Shown here in pieces: positions 41,562 to 52,060 of a stretch of DNA of 64,000 bases. The notes beneath the pieces were generated by a model. It was not told the origin of the DNA. It searched no databases and worked only from the letters and a program-made list of their open reading frames with translations. The stretch is from positions 736,001 to 800,000 of the forward strand of contig CAWJYV010000008.1 of the NCBI GenBank assembly GCA_963847185.1, in the 5' to 3' direction. The position numbers were made by a program, and so were the translations under genes. Within the stretch, counting starts at the first letter, position 1. Every line of letters starts with the position of its first letter. This DNA is from an uncultured Methanosarcinaceae archaeon (lineage in GTDB: Archaea; Halobacteriota; Methanosarcinia; Methanosarcinales; Methanosarcinaceae).

Positions 41562-42073
41562 TTATAAAAGGTCAATTATCTCGTCCAGTGCAGCAATGTG
41601 GTCTGCCCTGCTAAGGTTTCCGAAGGACATTGTTGCATTCTGGATGTAGTTTTTGTCTATTGAGATTGATTTTATTTCACTGAAGTTCTTAGTTGCAGAC
41701 AGTACCTGGTTGATGTAATACTTCTTGTGGCCCAGGAGAACAATTGTGTCATAGTTTCCATTGCCATCAAGTCCTGGCCAGTTAGGGTCTGTCAGGTAGA
41801 AGCCAAGCTGGTGCAGGTTGATGTATTTAGCATTAGCATCTTTGCCACAAATCCAGGCATTGAACTTCCTGTTGCTGCAATCGGGATGTTCTTTGACTTT
41901 GCGATCTTCACTGCACGGTCCAGAACTTCAGGGTCAAGAACTCCTGTTCCTACCACTAAAAGCGGTCTCTTTGCCTTTGAGATCAGCTTGGAGGCAACTT
42001 CTGTGGTAATAGCTTTTGAGGTCTTTACACCATAGCTGGTAAACAGCTTTGTGTTCTTGGTAGTGTCAACCAT
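41562..42073 (-). CDS. cdhB: ACDS epsilon subunit, interrupted by a 1-bp deletion at ~41845
   Basis: [19 protein letters not shown], then continuing in another frame as [37 protein letters not shown]. The 512-nt span is one base short of 171 codons. Confidence 0.9.
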
Positions 42074-42075
42074 CT

Positions 42076-44503
42076 TCAGGCCCCCTTGCAAAGTCTCTTG
42101 AGGTTCGTGGGCTGTGAAGAGACATCGAACTTAATCTTCGAGCCGGAAATGATCTTCTTCTTCTTCCAGTCGATCTCCAATCCATGCTCGGCTTCGAGCT
42201 ATCTTCATGAGTGCTTCACGCTTGGAGAGCGGCAGGTCGGCTTCGTGCCTGACAAACTTCCACCAGTCTTCGGGCATAACACCAAGATACTTCTCGCTGA
42301 GCTCCATCCAGTGGGTCAGCTTTATGGCTCTTCCCATGTTGTTGTCGGACGGACGGATACAGTTCTTTGCCATCATTACACAGGCTTCCTGCCAGGTTTC
42401 GGCAGTGGTTATGAGGAACTCAGGAGCTGGTGGGATATCCAGTTCAGAACCGTTTCTGCTGTCGTAAACTTTCCATTTGCTCTCATCATAGGTCTTGGCT
42501 ATAAGGGCTCTCCTGTACTTTCCGCTGTGAGGTCCGAGCACTGCAGGAATACCAAACATGTTGCATCCGGTACCGATAGCTGCTGCCTTCTGGGAGTAAG
42601 CACCCCATGCAAGTCCTACTGCACCGATACGGTTGAGTGTATAGTCAGCAATCTCAGCGAGGTTGCCTGAAAGGTTTCTGCCTGCAAAGATTGCAGCGAC
42701 CTTGTGAGCCGTACCTGAAATGTGAGCGTTCGAGACACATGATCCGGTGTTAAGGATGTTACCTTTCTCGAATCTTCCCGGGAATCTCTCATAGAGAGTC
42801 TTGCCGTCAGCATCCTTGTACATACCAATGTCCATTGCAGAACATCCGGAAACAGCAACCAGGTAGTTCCTGTTAAGGAATTCTTCTGCAATGTTGTATA
42901 CGTCCTTGGAGCCTGCAGGATAGTTGGAACATCCGATAATTGCAATAACACCAGGGGTGGTACCCATAACCAGGTTCAGACCTTCTGCCCTGATCTCGGC
43001 ATCGCTTACCTGACCTCTTCCGGCTCTTACCAGACCCTTCTCTTCGGCAATAGCCTTCAGGGAAGCCTTCTCAATGAGGTTCAGGACTGGTATTTCCTTG
43101 TTACAGACCTGTTCACACCTGCGGCAGCCTATACAGAGGTCGTGCAGTTCTTCAAGAGCAGAATAATCTCCTTCCTTAGCAATTGCAATTGCTGCTGGAA
43201 TTTCCAGTTCTTCAGGGCATGCAAGTGCACATTCTCCACATTCTACACACTTGGAAACAAGAACTTTCATTTCTTCGTCTGTGGGGATGGCTGTAAGCCC
43301 TTCAGCTTCTCGGATCGGAGCCATTGCCATGGCGACCCTGGGCACAAGTTCTCCGAGTTTGTCGTAGTCCAGCATCACACAGCCAGGAATCTTGCCACTA
43401 ACCAGATCTTCCACGATTGCATCGACGTTGTCATTGGTCCTGTCTGGCAGGCCGTACATGATCTTTTCATTGGATGCGATCACCGGAATCTTAAGCTTCT
43501 TACCCTCTTCAACAAGGTCAGCTCTAACACACTGTTCATCAAGAACGATTACATCAGGAATTCCGGAGCGTACAACTTTCAGTTCTTTGGAAATGGTACC
43601 GACAATCTTTGCATAGGGGGCTTTCCTGTCTTCTCTCTTGTACCTGGTCATGTCAAACGCAGTACAGCAGAGACCTCCAATCTCCATTTTGTCAGTAAGG
43701 TTGTTCTCTTCCATATAGTCCATGATGTAAGTGACACCAGCAACATTGTGCCCAATTGCGATTATGACTGGCTTTGAGGCATCAAGTGTTCCCATGCCAA
43801 CTTCTACAAGAGGAACATCAGGATCAGATTTCGGGAAACCAAGTGCAGTAACCTGAGCAATATCGGAAACTTCCATACCTACATGGTCCAGAATTCCGGC
43901 AAGCATTGCCTTGTTGTCGTAGTCAATTGCTGCTCCTTCCTGTCCTGCGTGTATGGTTGCAAGCAACTGGCCCAGTTCTTCTTCGACATATTCCATTATG
44001 GGTTTGAGTTCACCAAGGGTCTTTGGCTGCCGACCTGTAACAAGTTGAATGTTGGGGGCAATTACATTTGAGGCACCCATGTTGATCGGCATGTCCTCTC
44101 CAAAGAGATTTATTATGTGATCAAGCAGGTGACGTCCATGGGCACTGTGGCAGGCACACCCGGTGATGCAGCGCAGGAAGAACTCTCTTGCAGTCTGACC
44201 TTTCATGTCAATACCGCAGGCACCTCTCTTGTTCCCTTCCAGGTTACACGGTCCAAAGGTACAGTAGCAGCACTGGTCACACATGGGGGTATAGACCGGC
44301 TCATAGCGGTCGAACAGTGTGAAACTCCAGTCCCTTAATGTAGCAATTGAGGGGAAGGGGGTAGGACCCATCGGGCCAAGTTCTTCTTTTTCTTTAGCAG
44401 CCCCTTTAGCAACCTCTTTTGCTGCTCCTACAATGTTATTGATAGTGATCTGAACGGATTCCAGATCTTCTATAGAAAAACTCCCGGTAGTTAGTTTGCT
44501 CAT
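42076..44503 (-). CDS. cdhA: ACDS alpha subunit (CO dehydrogenase), with a 1-bp insertion near the 3' end (~42201)
   Basis: [10 protein letters not shown] start after GGAGG; [12 protein letters not shown] and two ferredoxin motifs. As read it stops at 42131; the normal tail [22 protein letters not shown] is in the shifted frame. Confidence 0.93.
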
Positions 44504-44909
44504 TTGAGCTTTACCTCCTAAATTTGTTTGAAGATGATTTCGCAAGACGATCGAAATTTATAATATTCGGCGTATTCTTAATGATTATACATTATATATT
44601 TTGCCGTCTGTTTCAAATTTTCAACCGCTCTAATGCCATTTTTGGTAAAACGTTTATTTAACTACTTTTTCAAATAATCAAGCGTCATACCAACGTTTTT
44701 CCAAATAAAACCGTTTTATAGGGGGAACATTTCCCTTTAAAAGTCGTTTTTAGGGCTTTATTTCTCTTCCAAACCCATTTTTACGCCCTATGTCTCAAAA
44801 AAACTGTTTTTACCAACGATTGAGACCTTAATGTTGAGCAGAGGTCGCTACCGATGGATAATAAACACTAATTAAAAGTCTAAATGTACCAAATCTATAT
44901 AACATTTTC
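44504..44909 (-). promoter_or_regulatory. cdh operon promoter and ~370-nt 5' leader
   Basis: BRE/TATA GAAAATGTTATATAG at 44909-44895 implies a TSS near 44872. Long regulatory cdh leaders of this size are known in Methanosarcina. Confidence 0.7.
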
Positions 44910-45829
44910 TAATTTGTAACACCCTATTTCGAGATTGGTTAAATGAGAGTGCTTAAAGTAAGTTTTTTTTAAAAGGTATTGTAGTTACCTGTAAACTGAT
45001 CTATTCACTTCTACAGATATCGTTTTTTTAATTACCCCTCTTATTTTTCCAGCGATCTCTGTTTTTGTATTATTAATTATTATTTTTAAATATTTTCATC
45101 TTACTCATTATAAGTTTAGATGAATTTTTTGTTACGTCTTGTTGTCCAAATTCTTAATTTTGAATTCTCTCCTTTCTCTCTTAAAAAAATATATTATTTA
45201 TTGATATACTTTATCTTTTATATTTCTTGCTTAAATTGATATATCAAAAATTATATATAGCTCTAAAACTTCTGAATCACTTTACAAAGTAAACGCTGTA
45301 AACTGCTTTCTTGTTTTTCTTCAGAAAAGATGTAAGTATCATTTTTTCGTTTGAATATTTATTCATATATTTTCCATTTTCTATATTGCTTATTGGAATT
45401 TAAAAAGAGTTTAGTCTTTATTTATCTAAGCAAAAAATAATTTTATCAAAGATTATATTCGTTAAATGCTTGTAGTTATTTAAACAAGGATTCTAATTAA
45501 GAAAATTACTTCACTTAAATTGGGCTTTTAGTAATGCGAAGTTAAATTTAATTTGACTTTGAATCAAGGTTGAATACTAATGGCCTATCTTAAAATTCTA
45601 TATCACAGCACATCTTTTGTAATGTGCATATCATCTTAGTCATTTCCTGAAGCGATATTCTGGAACTCAGGTAGTTTTGGAACTCAGTAGTTTTGCAATA
45701 TAATATGTAAGTACAACACAGGAATATAAAATACAGAATATGATATAGAGAATACGATACATGAATATAAAATAGAAAATATAATACATGAATATATATA
45801 GAGAATATAAATAGAGAGTTATTGAAAAC

Positions 45830-46495
45830 ATGTTTGACCTTAATATCACATCTTCCGTCAATGGAGACAGAACGAGTGGCAGGGCTAAAAATTTTATTTT
45901 CTCAAGTCCTTCCTTAACGATTATTGTCCTGTGCATACTTTCATTCATTCTGGAACAGGTTCCTATTATAGGGCCTCAATACATCAGTATTTTTCAGTTT
46001 GACCCAAATTCTCTCATACTGCGCCCATGGACACTTGTCACGTACATTTTCCTGCATACAGGTTTATGGCACCTTTTCTTCAATATGTTCGTTCTGTTCT
46101 TTTTTGGGCCTGCCCTTGAAAAAAGAATAGGGAATAAAATGTTTCTAGAAGTCTTTTTCACGGCAGGAGTTCTGTCGGCTTTAGGATTTGCTTTCTTAAG
46201 CAAGCCTATTTTCGATATTTCACCTGGTCTTATGGTTGGGGCAAGCGGAGCAATATACGGAGTATTTGCAGCTCTTACGGTGCTTGAGCCAGATCTTCTT
46301 GTTTATGTATACTTTGTTCCAATGAAACTGAAATATGCTCTTTTACTTTTTGCTCTCTTTGACTTTCTCATGGTTAACTTCCCGGATACGATAGCTCATA
46401 CAGCCCATCTTAGCGGGCTCTTTATCGGCCTCTATATGGGTTTACGCATAAAGAAGGCTCAGGAGAAATACATTAAAACATATGGCAGGTGGTGA
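45830..46495 (+). CDS. Rhomboid intramembrane serine protease
   Basis: PWTLVTYIFLH..HLFFNM, GASGA and AHTAHLSG motifs. Confidence 0.93.
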   Translation: MFDLNITSSVNGDRTSGRAKNFIFSSPSLTIIVLCILSFILEQVPIIGPQYISIFQFDPNSLILRPWTLVTYIFLHTGLWHLFFNMFVLFFFGPALEKRIGNKMFLEVFFTAGVLSALGFAFLSKPIFDISPGLMVGASGAIYGVFAALTVLEPDLLVYVYFVPMKLKYALLLFALFDFLMVNFPDTIAHTAHLSGLFIGLYMGLRIKKAQEKYIKTYGRW

Positions 46496-46908
46496 GTCTG
46501 GAAGGGAATTTTCTTCTGGATACATATTATTATCCAAAACCTGCTCCAGGAGAAAAAATTCCAATTCAGGTCCTGAATTTCAGGAAATTGTTTGCAGCCT
46601 GGTCTCCGCAGCTGAAAAAGACCCTTTACTTTGAAAAAAGGCCAGAAAATGAAAGCTTGAAACGGGTGCGTGAGATCTCTTTAATTCAGGTATATGATTG
46701 GCTTGCAGGCAGGGAGGGGCTGATAGAACTCACTGACTTTGAGTTTGGACGATTTATGGAGATCTATGAGGCTTTCTTGCAAAAAATGGGGGAAATCCAG
46801 TATATTAGACAAAAGAAGGGGCGAAAGACTGAAAATATCTTTGAACTCAAGGAATCTGCTTATGTTATCCGGGAAGTTAAAAAAGGGCCCTTTTCCGATA
46901 AATTATAA
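46489..46908 (+). CDS. Hypothetical protein
   Basis: 139-aa ORF overlapping the rhomboid stop, consistent with translational coupling. Confidence 0.7.
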   Translation: MVSLEGNFLLDTYYYPKPAPGEKIPIQVLNFRKLFAAWSPQLKKTLYFEKRPENESLKRVREISLIQVYDWLAGREGLIELTDFEFGRFMEIYEAFLQKMGEIQYIRQKKGRKTENIFELKESAYVIREVKKGPFSDKL

Positions 46909-47345
46909 TTGTATAAATTATACATCGTATAATTATATGTCACTTTTTACCATAGATTTTATTCCTATTTGAGATTCTTCTGTCCTTTTCGTAGGACGAA
47001 TCGATGGGTTTTTCACCCCAACAAATTATATAAGGATCGGTTACAACCTGTAATTGCCTTAATATGCAAATGTTTTACTACAGAAAAGCAGATATTAGAT
47101 ATTACCTAATTGCCATTCAAGTTGCGGCGTCAGGACTTAAAACTCACATATTGAAAACTGCAAACTCCGGAACTTCCGTCGTCGGAGTCTAAAGCTAATC
47201 TAGTACAGGCAAACTGAAAAGCAACTTCAATTGTCGCTTTCCTCCTTTGCTAATGATGCACGGCGGCGCATGAATATATAAAAAGTAAATGAATAGTAAA
47301 ATTGAAGTTCAGATTCCGTGAGATGTAAGGTCGCAGAGGATATTA

Positions 47346-47963
47346 ATGATGAAACCTGTTAAAAGTGGAATTGACTCCATATCAAAATACCTCCGCTCAA
47401 AAAAAGAAGTAGGCAGGAGGAAAATAGGACTTCTAGTGGACGGTCCAAATATTCTCCGAAAGGAATTTGATGTAAATCTTGAAGAGATAAGAGACGTCCT
47501 GAAAGACTATGGGAATATCAAAATCGGGCGCGTTTTCCTTAACCAGTATGCCTCTGATAAGCTCGTTGAAGCTATTGAAAACCATGGGCTTGAGCCCATA
47601 ATATGTTCCAGCGATGTTGATGTGCGCCTCGCAGTAGAGGGCATGGAGCTGGTCTATAATCCTAATATCGACACTCTTGCAATTGTGACAAGAGACGCGG
47701 ACTTCAAACCTCTCCTGAATAAAGCAAATGAACACGGTAAAGAAACGATTATCTTTGGGGTAGAACCCGGTTTTTCCACAGCCCTCAAGAACTCTGCAGA
47801 CTATGTTATTCTAATGAAGAAAAATCAGATGAGTAGTTATGACGAATCCGATGAGGCTGCAGGGTCCGGTGGGGGAAAAATTGATCCCGCGAAAAAAATT
47901 GATGCAGCGGATTTTGAGGAATATCAGGACGATTTATATGAAAGATCTATGGAAAAGACCTGA
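47346..47963 (+). CDS. NYN-domain protein (TIGR00288-type)
   Basis: LLVDGPN, DVDV and TRDADF motifs. Confidence 0.9.
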   Translation: MMKPVKSGIDSISKYLRSKKEVGRRKIGLLVDGPNILRKEFDVNLEEIRDVLKDYGNIKIGRVFLNQYASDKLVEAIENHGLEPIICSSDVDVRLAVEGMELVYNPNIDTLAIVTRDADFKPLLNKANEHGKETIIFGVEPGFSTALKNSADYVILMKKNQMSSYDESDEAAGSGGGKIDPAKKIDAADFEEYQDDLYERSMEKT

Positions 47964-48010
47964 TTAATGTCGCTCCTTACGATATCCTCTTTAATCCTCA
48001 GTTTCCGTTT

Positions 48011-48988
48011 TTACGGATAATTTACATCTACGCCAAGGATGTCCTTTTTTCCGGCAAAGACGTCACGTGCTATCTCGGCACATCCTATTGCAGCGTGCCA
48101 TTTTCCGAGGCGCAGGCATTCCTGTCCCAGATGTGCACGGATTTTTGTATGAATATATTCTGTTTCCCCTACAGAGCCCGCAAGGAAAACTACTCCGTTT
48201 GTCCCGTAGTCCTTGAGAAGGATTTGCATTGAAGCTATTTCCATAGCCGCAAAGAGGGCGATAGTGTCCAGAGCCAGAAGGGCTGGTTCCTCTCCTTTTT
48301 TGGCTGCATTGAGTAATTCATCCCGGTCTTTGTAAGGAGTCATCTTCAGGGTTCCTGCCTCAATAAATGCCTGGTTTGCTGTCTGGAGTCCGTTGTCCAC
48401 ATCTCTGATAGCTTGCAGATCAAGGGGGCCATGGTGAATACCTGGAGCAAATATACAGGCATCAATTGCACCAATCACTTTTCCTGCGGCAACTGCAAGG
48501 GTAACAGTATTTGAACTTATATCGGAAACTACAAAGTCCTCATAGCCCAGGCACAGGATATGGTAAGCAATTCCAAGTTTTTCAGGGCTTGTAAGGTGAG
48601 AAAATACCTTCATCCTGGGATCCACTTTGCTCTTAATATGAAGGCCAGGAATTGCTATAGCATGAATTCCGGAGTTACGGATTGCATCAAAAACTCTTGT
48701 GCCGCCACCTGTCTTTTTTCCAGCTCCTTCAATACTCTGAAGCCCTCTTCCTTCAAGGGCTTTTACATTTTTTATTTCGGAAAAACCGTCACCCATGGAA
48801 TATGTCAGGGCTACGAGGTCAATATCTTCACGCTGGACCTCTAAATTCTTTTCAATGGAATCCACTATCTCATTTTCTGACATTGCAGCAGCTTCAGCTC
48901 TTTCAAGCTCAAAGGTCAGAACTTTCTTCCCTTCTATTAGAGCAAAACGCATTGCAGTTGTCCCGTGGTCAATTCCTATAAATGCCAA
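48011..48988 (-). CDS. Methanogenesis marker protein 12 (ASKHA-fold)
   Basis: GIDHGTT, YSMGDG, GGGTRVFD, SDISSNTV and HGPLDL motifs. Confidence 0.85.
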   Translation of the reverse strand: MAFIGIDHGTTAMRFALIEGKKVLTFELERAEAAAMSENEIVDSIEKNLEVQREDIDLVALTYSMGDGFSEIKNVKALEGRGLQSIEGAGKKTGGGTRVFDAIRNSGIHAIAIPGLHIKSKVDPRMKVFSHLTSPEKLGIAYHILCLGYEDFVVSDISSNTVTLAVAAGKVIGAIDACIFAPGIHHGPLDLQAIRDVDNGLQTANQAFIEAGTLKMTPYKDRDELLNAAKKGEEPALLALDTIALFAAMEIASMQILLKDYGTNGVVFLAGSVGETEYIHTKIRAHLGQECLRLGKWHAAIGCAEIARDVFAGKKDILGVDVNYP

Positions 48989-49011
48989 TTAGTAGTCTCT
49001 CCTGTAACGCC

Positions 49012-49374
49012 TCAGAGGGCAATTCTTAAGATTTCGTTCAATTCGCTCATGATTCTGTCTCCCTCTTCAGCGGTTCCAACTATTGTTACCAGCCTGATTT
49101 CCTGGAAACTTCTACCTTCAGAGATCAATAACCTTAAATTTCCTCTTGAATCAGCACGCAATACTTTTCCGGTTAGACTTCCGCCTGCAGTACCTTTTAC
49201 GGAAATTACGGATGGAATTATTTTTTTTATTTCAGGATGCTGGCTTACAAGTTTTACTATTCTTTTTCCAGCTCTTCCTCCGATGATTGTTGTATGAGCT
49301 CCGCCAAGTTTAATTTTTGAAGAATTTTGTATATTTTCCTGCAGGTTGTTTTTATCTTCTGTCATCATAGTCAA
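49012..49374 (-). CDS. DUF2103-like protein
   Basis: KLGGAHTTIIGGRAG and HPEIKKIIP motifs. Confidence 0.75.
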   Translation of the reverse strand: MTMMTEDKNNLQENIQNSSKIKLGGAHTTIIGGRAGKRIVKLVSQHPEIKKIIPSVISVKGTAGGSLTGKVLRADSRGNLRLLISEGRSFQEIRLVTIVGTAEEGDRIMSELNEILRIAL

Positions 49375-49643
49375 ATCGACAACTTCTTTTCCGGATTTTT
49401 TTCGTTTTCTTATTTTTTTCTTTTTTATATTTATTATGTATATTTATATGTAATGAGAATCTCCGGAATGTTCTCAACTATAAAAACCTTTTCAGGTAAA
49501 AAGTAGCTTTTTGACATGATTTTGCCTTTAAACCGTTATAAAAAGAAGATGTTCCAGAAGTCAAAAATATATTTGACTTCTGATTATCCAGGAATTATTC
49601 TCTGTGGAAACTGCCTTTTCCGCAACTTCGTTTTTTCATTAAC

Positions 49644-50093
49644 TCAGATTTTTTCAAGTTCCTTCATACTTATGAGCTTGATCTTTTCTTCTTCGAGCGT
49701 TTTAACAGCTTTTTCAATCTCATTAACTCTTACTATTAAAAGTGCCTTCTGATCCCTGGTAACAAAGGCATATGCATAATCAAGGTTAATATTAGCTTTT
49801 CCAAAAACCTCTGCAATACGGGACATGCTGCCAGGAACATCTTCCATTTCTATTCCCAGAACGCTGGTTTCGGAAACAGTGAATCCTGCATTATGGAGTA
49901 CACTGTGTGCATAGTCAGATTTATCTACAACCATGCGGATTATCCCAAAGTCTCCAGATTCGGCAATTGTAAATGCTCTGATATTTATTCCCGCATTCTT
50001 CAATTTATCTGCTACGTTTGCAAGCCTTCCAGGTTTGTTTTCCGCAAAAAGGGAAATCTGTTTTATAACTTTGTCTTCCATTCCGGCACTCAT
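49644..50093 (-). CDS. Tandem ACT-domain protein
   Basis: QISLFAENKPGRL..GINIRA and EDVPGSM..INLDYAY; typical neighbour of phenylacetate-CoA ligase. Confidence 0.9.
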   Translation of the reverse strand: MSAGMEDKVIKQISLFAENKPGRLANVADKLKNAGINIRAFTIAESGDFGIIRMVVDKSDYAHSVLHNAGFTVSETSVLGIEMEDVPGSMSRIAEVFGKANINLDYAYAFVTRDQKALLIVRVNEIEKAVKTLEEEKIKLISMKELEKI

Positions 50094-50229
50094 GTCCTTA
50101 CATCCCTTGTTCTTCTTTCTATTCTTTTTTACTTCCTGCTTTAACCTTTTACTAAGAATATAATAAGTTTCTATGTATATTTTAAGCTTACAGATTATAG
50201 CTTAACTTAGATCTGGCTTCCCTGAAGAT

Positions 50230-51543
50230 TCATAATTTCCGTTTGTCGATAACCTTTTTTGATTTTCCTTCCGAACGAGGCAGGGAACCATGTTCCACAA
50301 GTTCCACCTCGACTGCCAGATTCAATACGCTTTTTAATGCGCCTGAAATTTTCTTTTTGAGCGCCATCATATCTGACATGCGATCGCTGAAAGCAGACTC
50401 ATGCATTTCTATCTGGACTTTCATGGAGTCAAGAGGGCCTATCCTATCAACTATAATCATGAAATGATTCCCAACTTCAGGGATATTCATAAGGACCGAC
50501 TCGACCTGCCCTGGGAATACATTTATTCCACGCACGATTATCATATCATCCGAGCGTCCACTGATACGTGTAATCCTGGGATGGGTTCTTCCACACCTGC
50601 AGGGTTCAGAAAGCTTTCGGGTAAGGTCTTTCACTCTATAGCGAATAAGTGGAAGAGCTTCTTTAGTAAGAGTTGTGATCACAAGTTCGCCACTCTCTCC
50701 GTCACGAACAGGCTCCTCAGTTTCTGGATCCAGGATTTCTATTAAGAATTTGTCTGCCCAGACATGAATTCCTTCCTGTTCTGAACATTCGGTGAAGAGG
50801 GGACCGCTCATTTCTGAAGTCCCGTAAATATCGTAGGCTTTAATTCCGGATTCTGCTTCTATCCGCTTCTTGAGTTCCTCAGACCAGGGTTCTGCCCCGA
50901 AGAATCCCATCTCCAGACTTGTGTCGTCCCTGATACTGATACCCATTTTTCTTGCGGTTTCTATCATATACAGGAAGTAAGAAGGAGTGCAGGCTATAGC
51001 AGTTATACCAAGGTCTTTCATCAGTTCGAGCTGACGTTCGGTATTTCCGGAGCTTGTGGGAAGTACGGTTGCACCCAATTTTTCACTTCCATAGTGAGCA
51101 CCGAGCCCACCTGTAAAGAGCCCATAACCGTAGCTTACCTGAAGGATATCGTCTTTTCCCATGCCGACAGAAGTGAATCCGCGTGCAAGAGATTCAGCCC
51201 ATTCATCGATATCTTTCTGGGTGTATCCTACTACCGTTGGTTTGCCTGTTGTGCCTGAAGAGGCATGAAAACGAGCCAGCTGTGTATTCGGGACGCAAAA
51301 CATGCCTGTGGGATATGTATCTCTGAGATCCTGCTTAAATGTAAACGGTAATTTTCTGACATCTTCAAGAGTCTGGATGTCTTCCGGCTTAACCCCATGT
51401 TCGTCAAATCTCTTTCTATAAAAAGGAGATCTCTCATACACATAATGTGCGAGTTCTTTCAACTTTTCTTCCTGCAGCTTTTTTAAGTCCTCTACAGGCA
51501 TTGTCTCTATTTCAGGATCCCAGTATTCTGGCATTTTCGTCAC
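50230..51543 (-). CDS. Phenylacetate--CoA ligase family protein
   Basis: HASSGTTGKP, DIYGTSE and GRSDDMIIVRGINVFP motifs. Confidence 0.92.
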   Translation of the reverse strand: MTKMPEYWDPEIETMPVEDLKKLQEEKLKELAHYVYERSPFYRKRFDEHGVKPEDIQTLEDVRKLPFTFKQDLRDTYPTGMFCVPNTQLARFHASSGTTGKPTVVGYTQKDIDEWAESLARGFTSVGMGKDDILQVSYGYGLFTGGLGAHYGSEKLGATVLPTSSGNTERQLELMKDLGITAIACTPSYFLYMIETARKMGISIRDDTSLEMGFFGAEPWSEELKKRIEAESGIKAYDIYGTSEMSGPLFTECSEQEGIHVWADKFLIEILDPETEEPVRDGESGELVITTLTKEALPLIRYRVKDLTRKLSEPCRCGRTHPRITRISGRSDDMIIVRGINVFPGQVESVLMNIPEVGNHFMIIVDRIGPLDSMKVQIEMHESAFSDRMSDMMALKKKISGALKSVLNLAVEVELVEHGSLPRSEGKSKKVIDKRKL

Positions 51544-51804
51544 ACTCTGTATGTATTATTGCGGGCTTTCGATCTCAGGTCCTGTATTTTCGTACCTGCT
51601 TTTTGTGCATATATTTCCCATTTCATGCCCCTAAGGTCATGTCAATTCTCAAAATATCTATTATTATATTCTGCTTTCTCACTTTGAAAGTTCTAATTTT
51701 CGGTAGATGTAGACTTCCGACAGATATAGTATGAAGATTAAGCTGGATTCTTATATAAAATAATAGCTGTTGAGTAAAAAAGAGGAATTTTAGATGCACA
51801 AGAG

Positions 51805-51861
51805 AATTGAATAATAATAAGATTTAATTGAATAATAATAAGAGTTAATTGAATAATAATA
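51805..51861. repeat. 21-bp tandem repeat, ~2.7 copies
   Basis: AATTGAATAATAATAAGA(T/G)TT at 51805 and 51826, plus a partial copy at 51847. Confidence 0.9.
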
Positions 51862-52060
51862 TATGATCTTCTGTAAATTGAAATATTTATCTAAAAATTG
51901 TAATATTTATTTTAAAAACAAATGAAATAACCAGTGAAATTACTCAATAGCCATAGACTCTGGATAGGTAATCTCAGGATGGTCTGGCAATTTGAGTTTT
52001 AAAAAGTAGTTTAAAGCCTGAGATTCTGTGAGGTTTAAATACTTCACAATTTTTGAGAAC

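Noticed and set aside
42199-42201. TAG in the shifted cdhA frame as a pyrrolysine codon
   Set aside because: It is out of frame with upstream cdhA, and removing the single inserted base restores an ordinary AAG (Lys).
45720-45820. Imperfect ~12-bp AT-rich repeats and the overlapping 93-aa ORF (45667-45948)
   Set aside because: Low-complexity intergenic sequence; the Y/I/F-rich translation is a compositional artefact.
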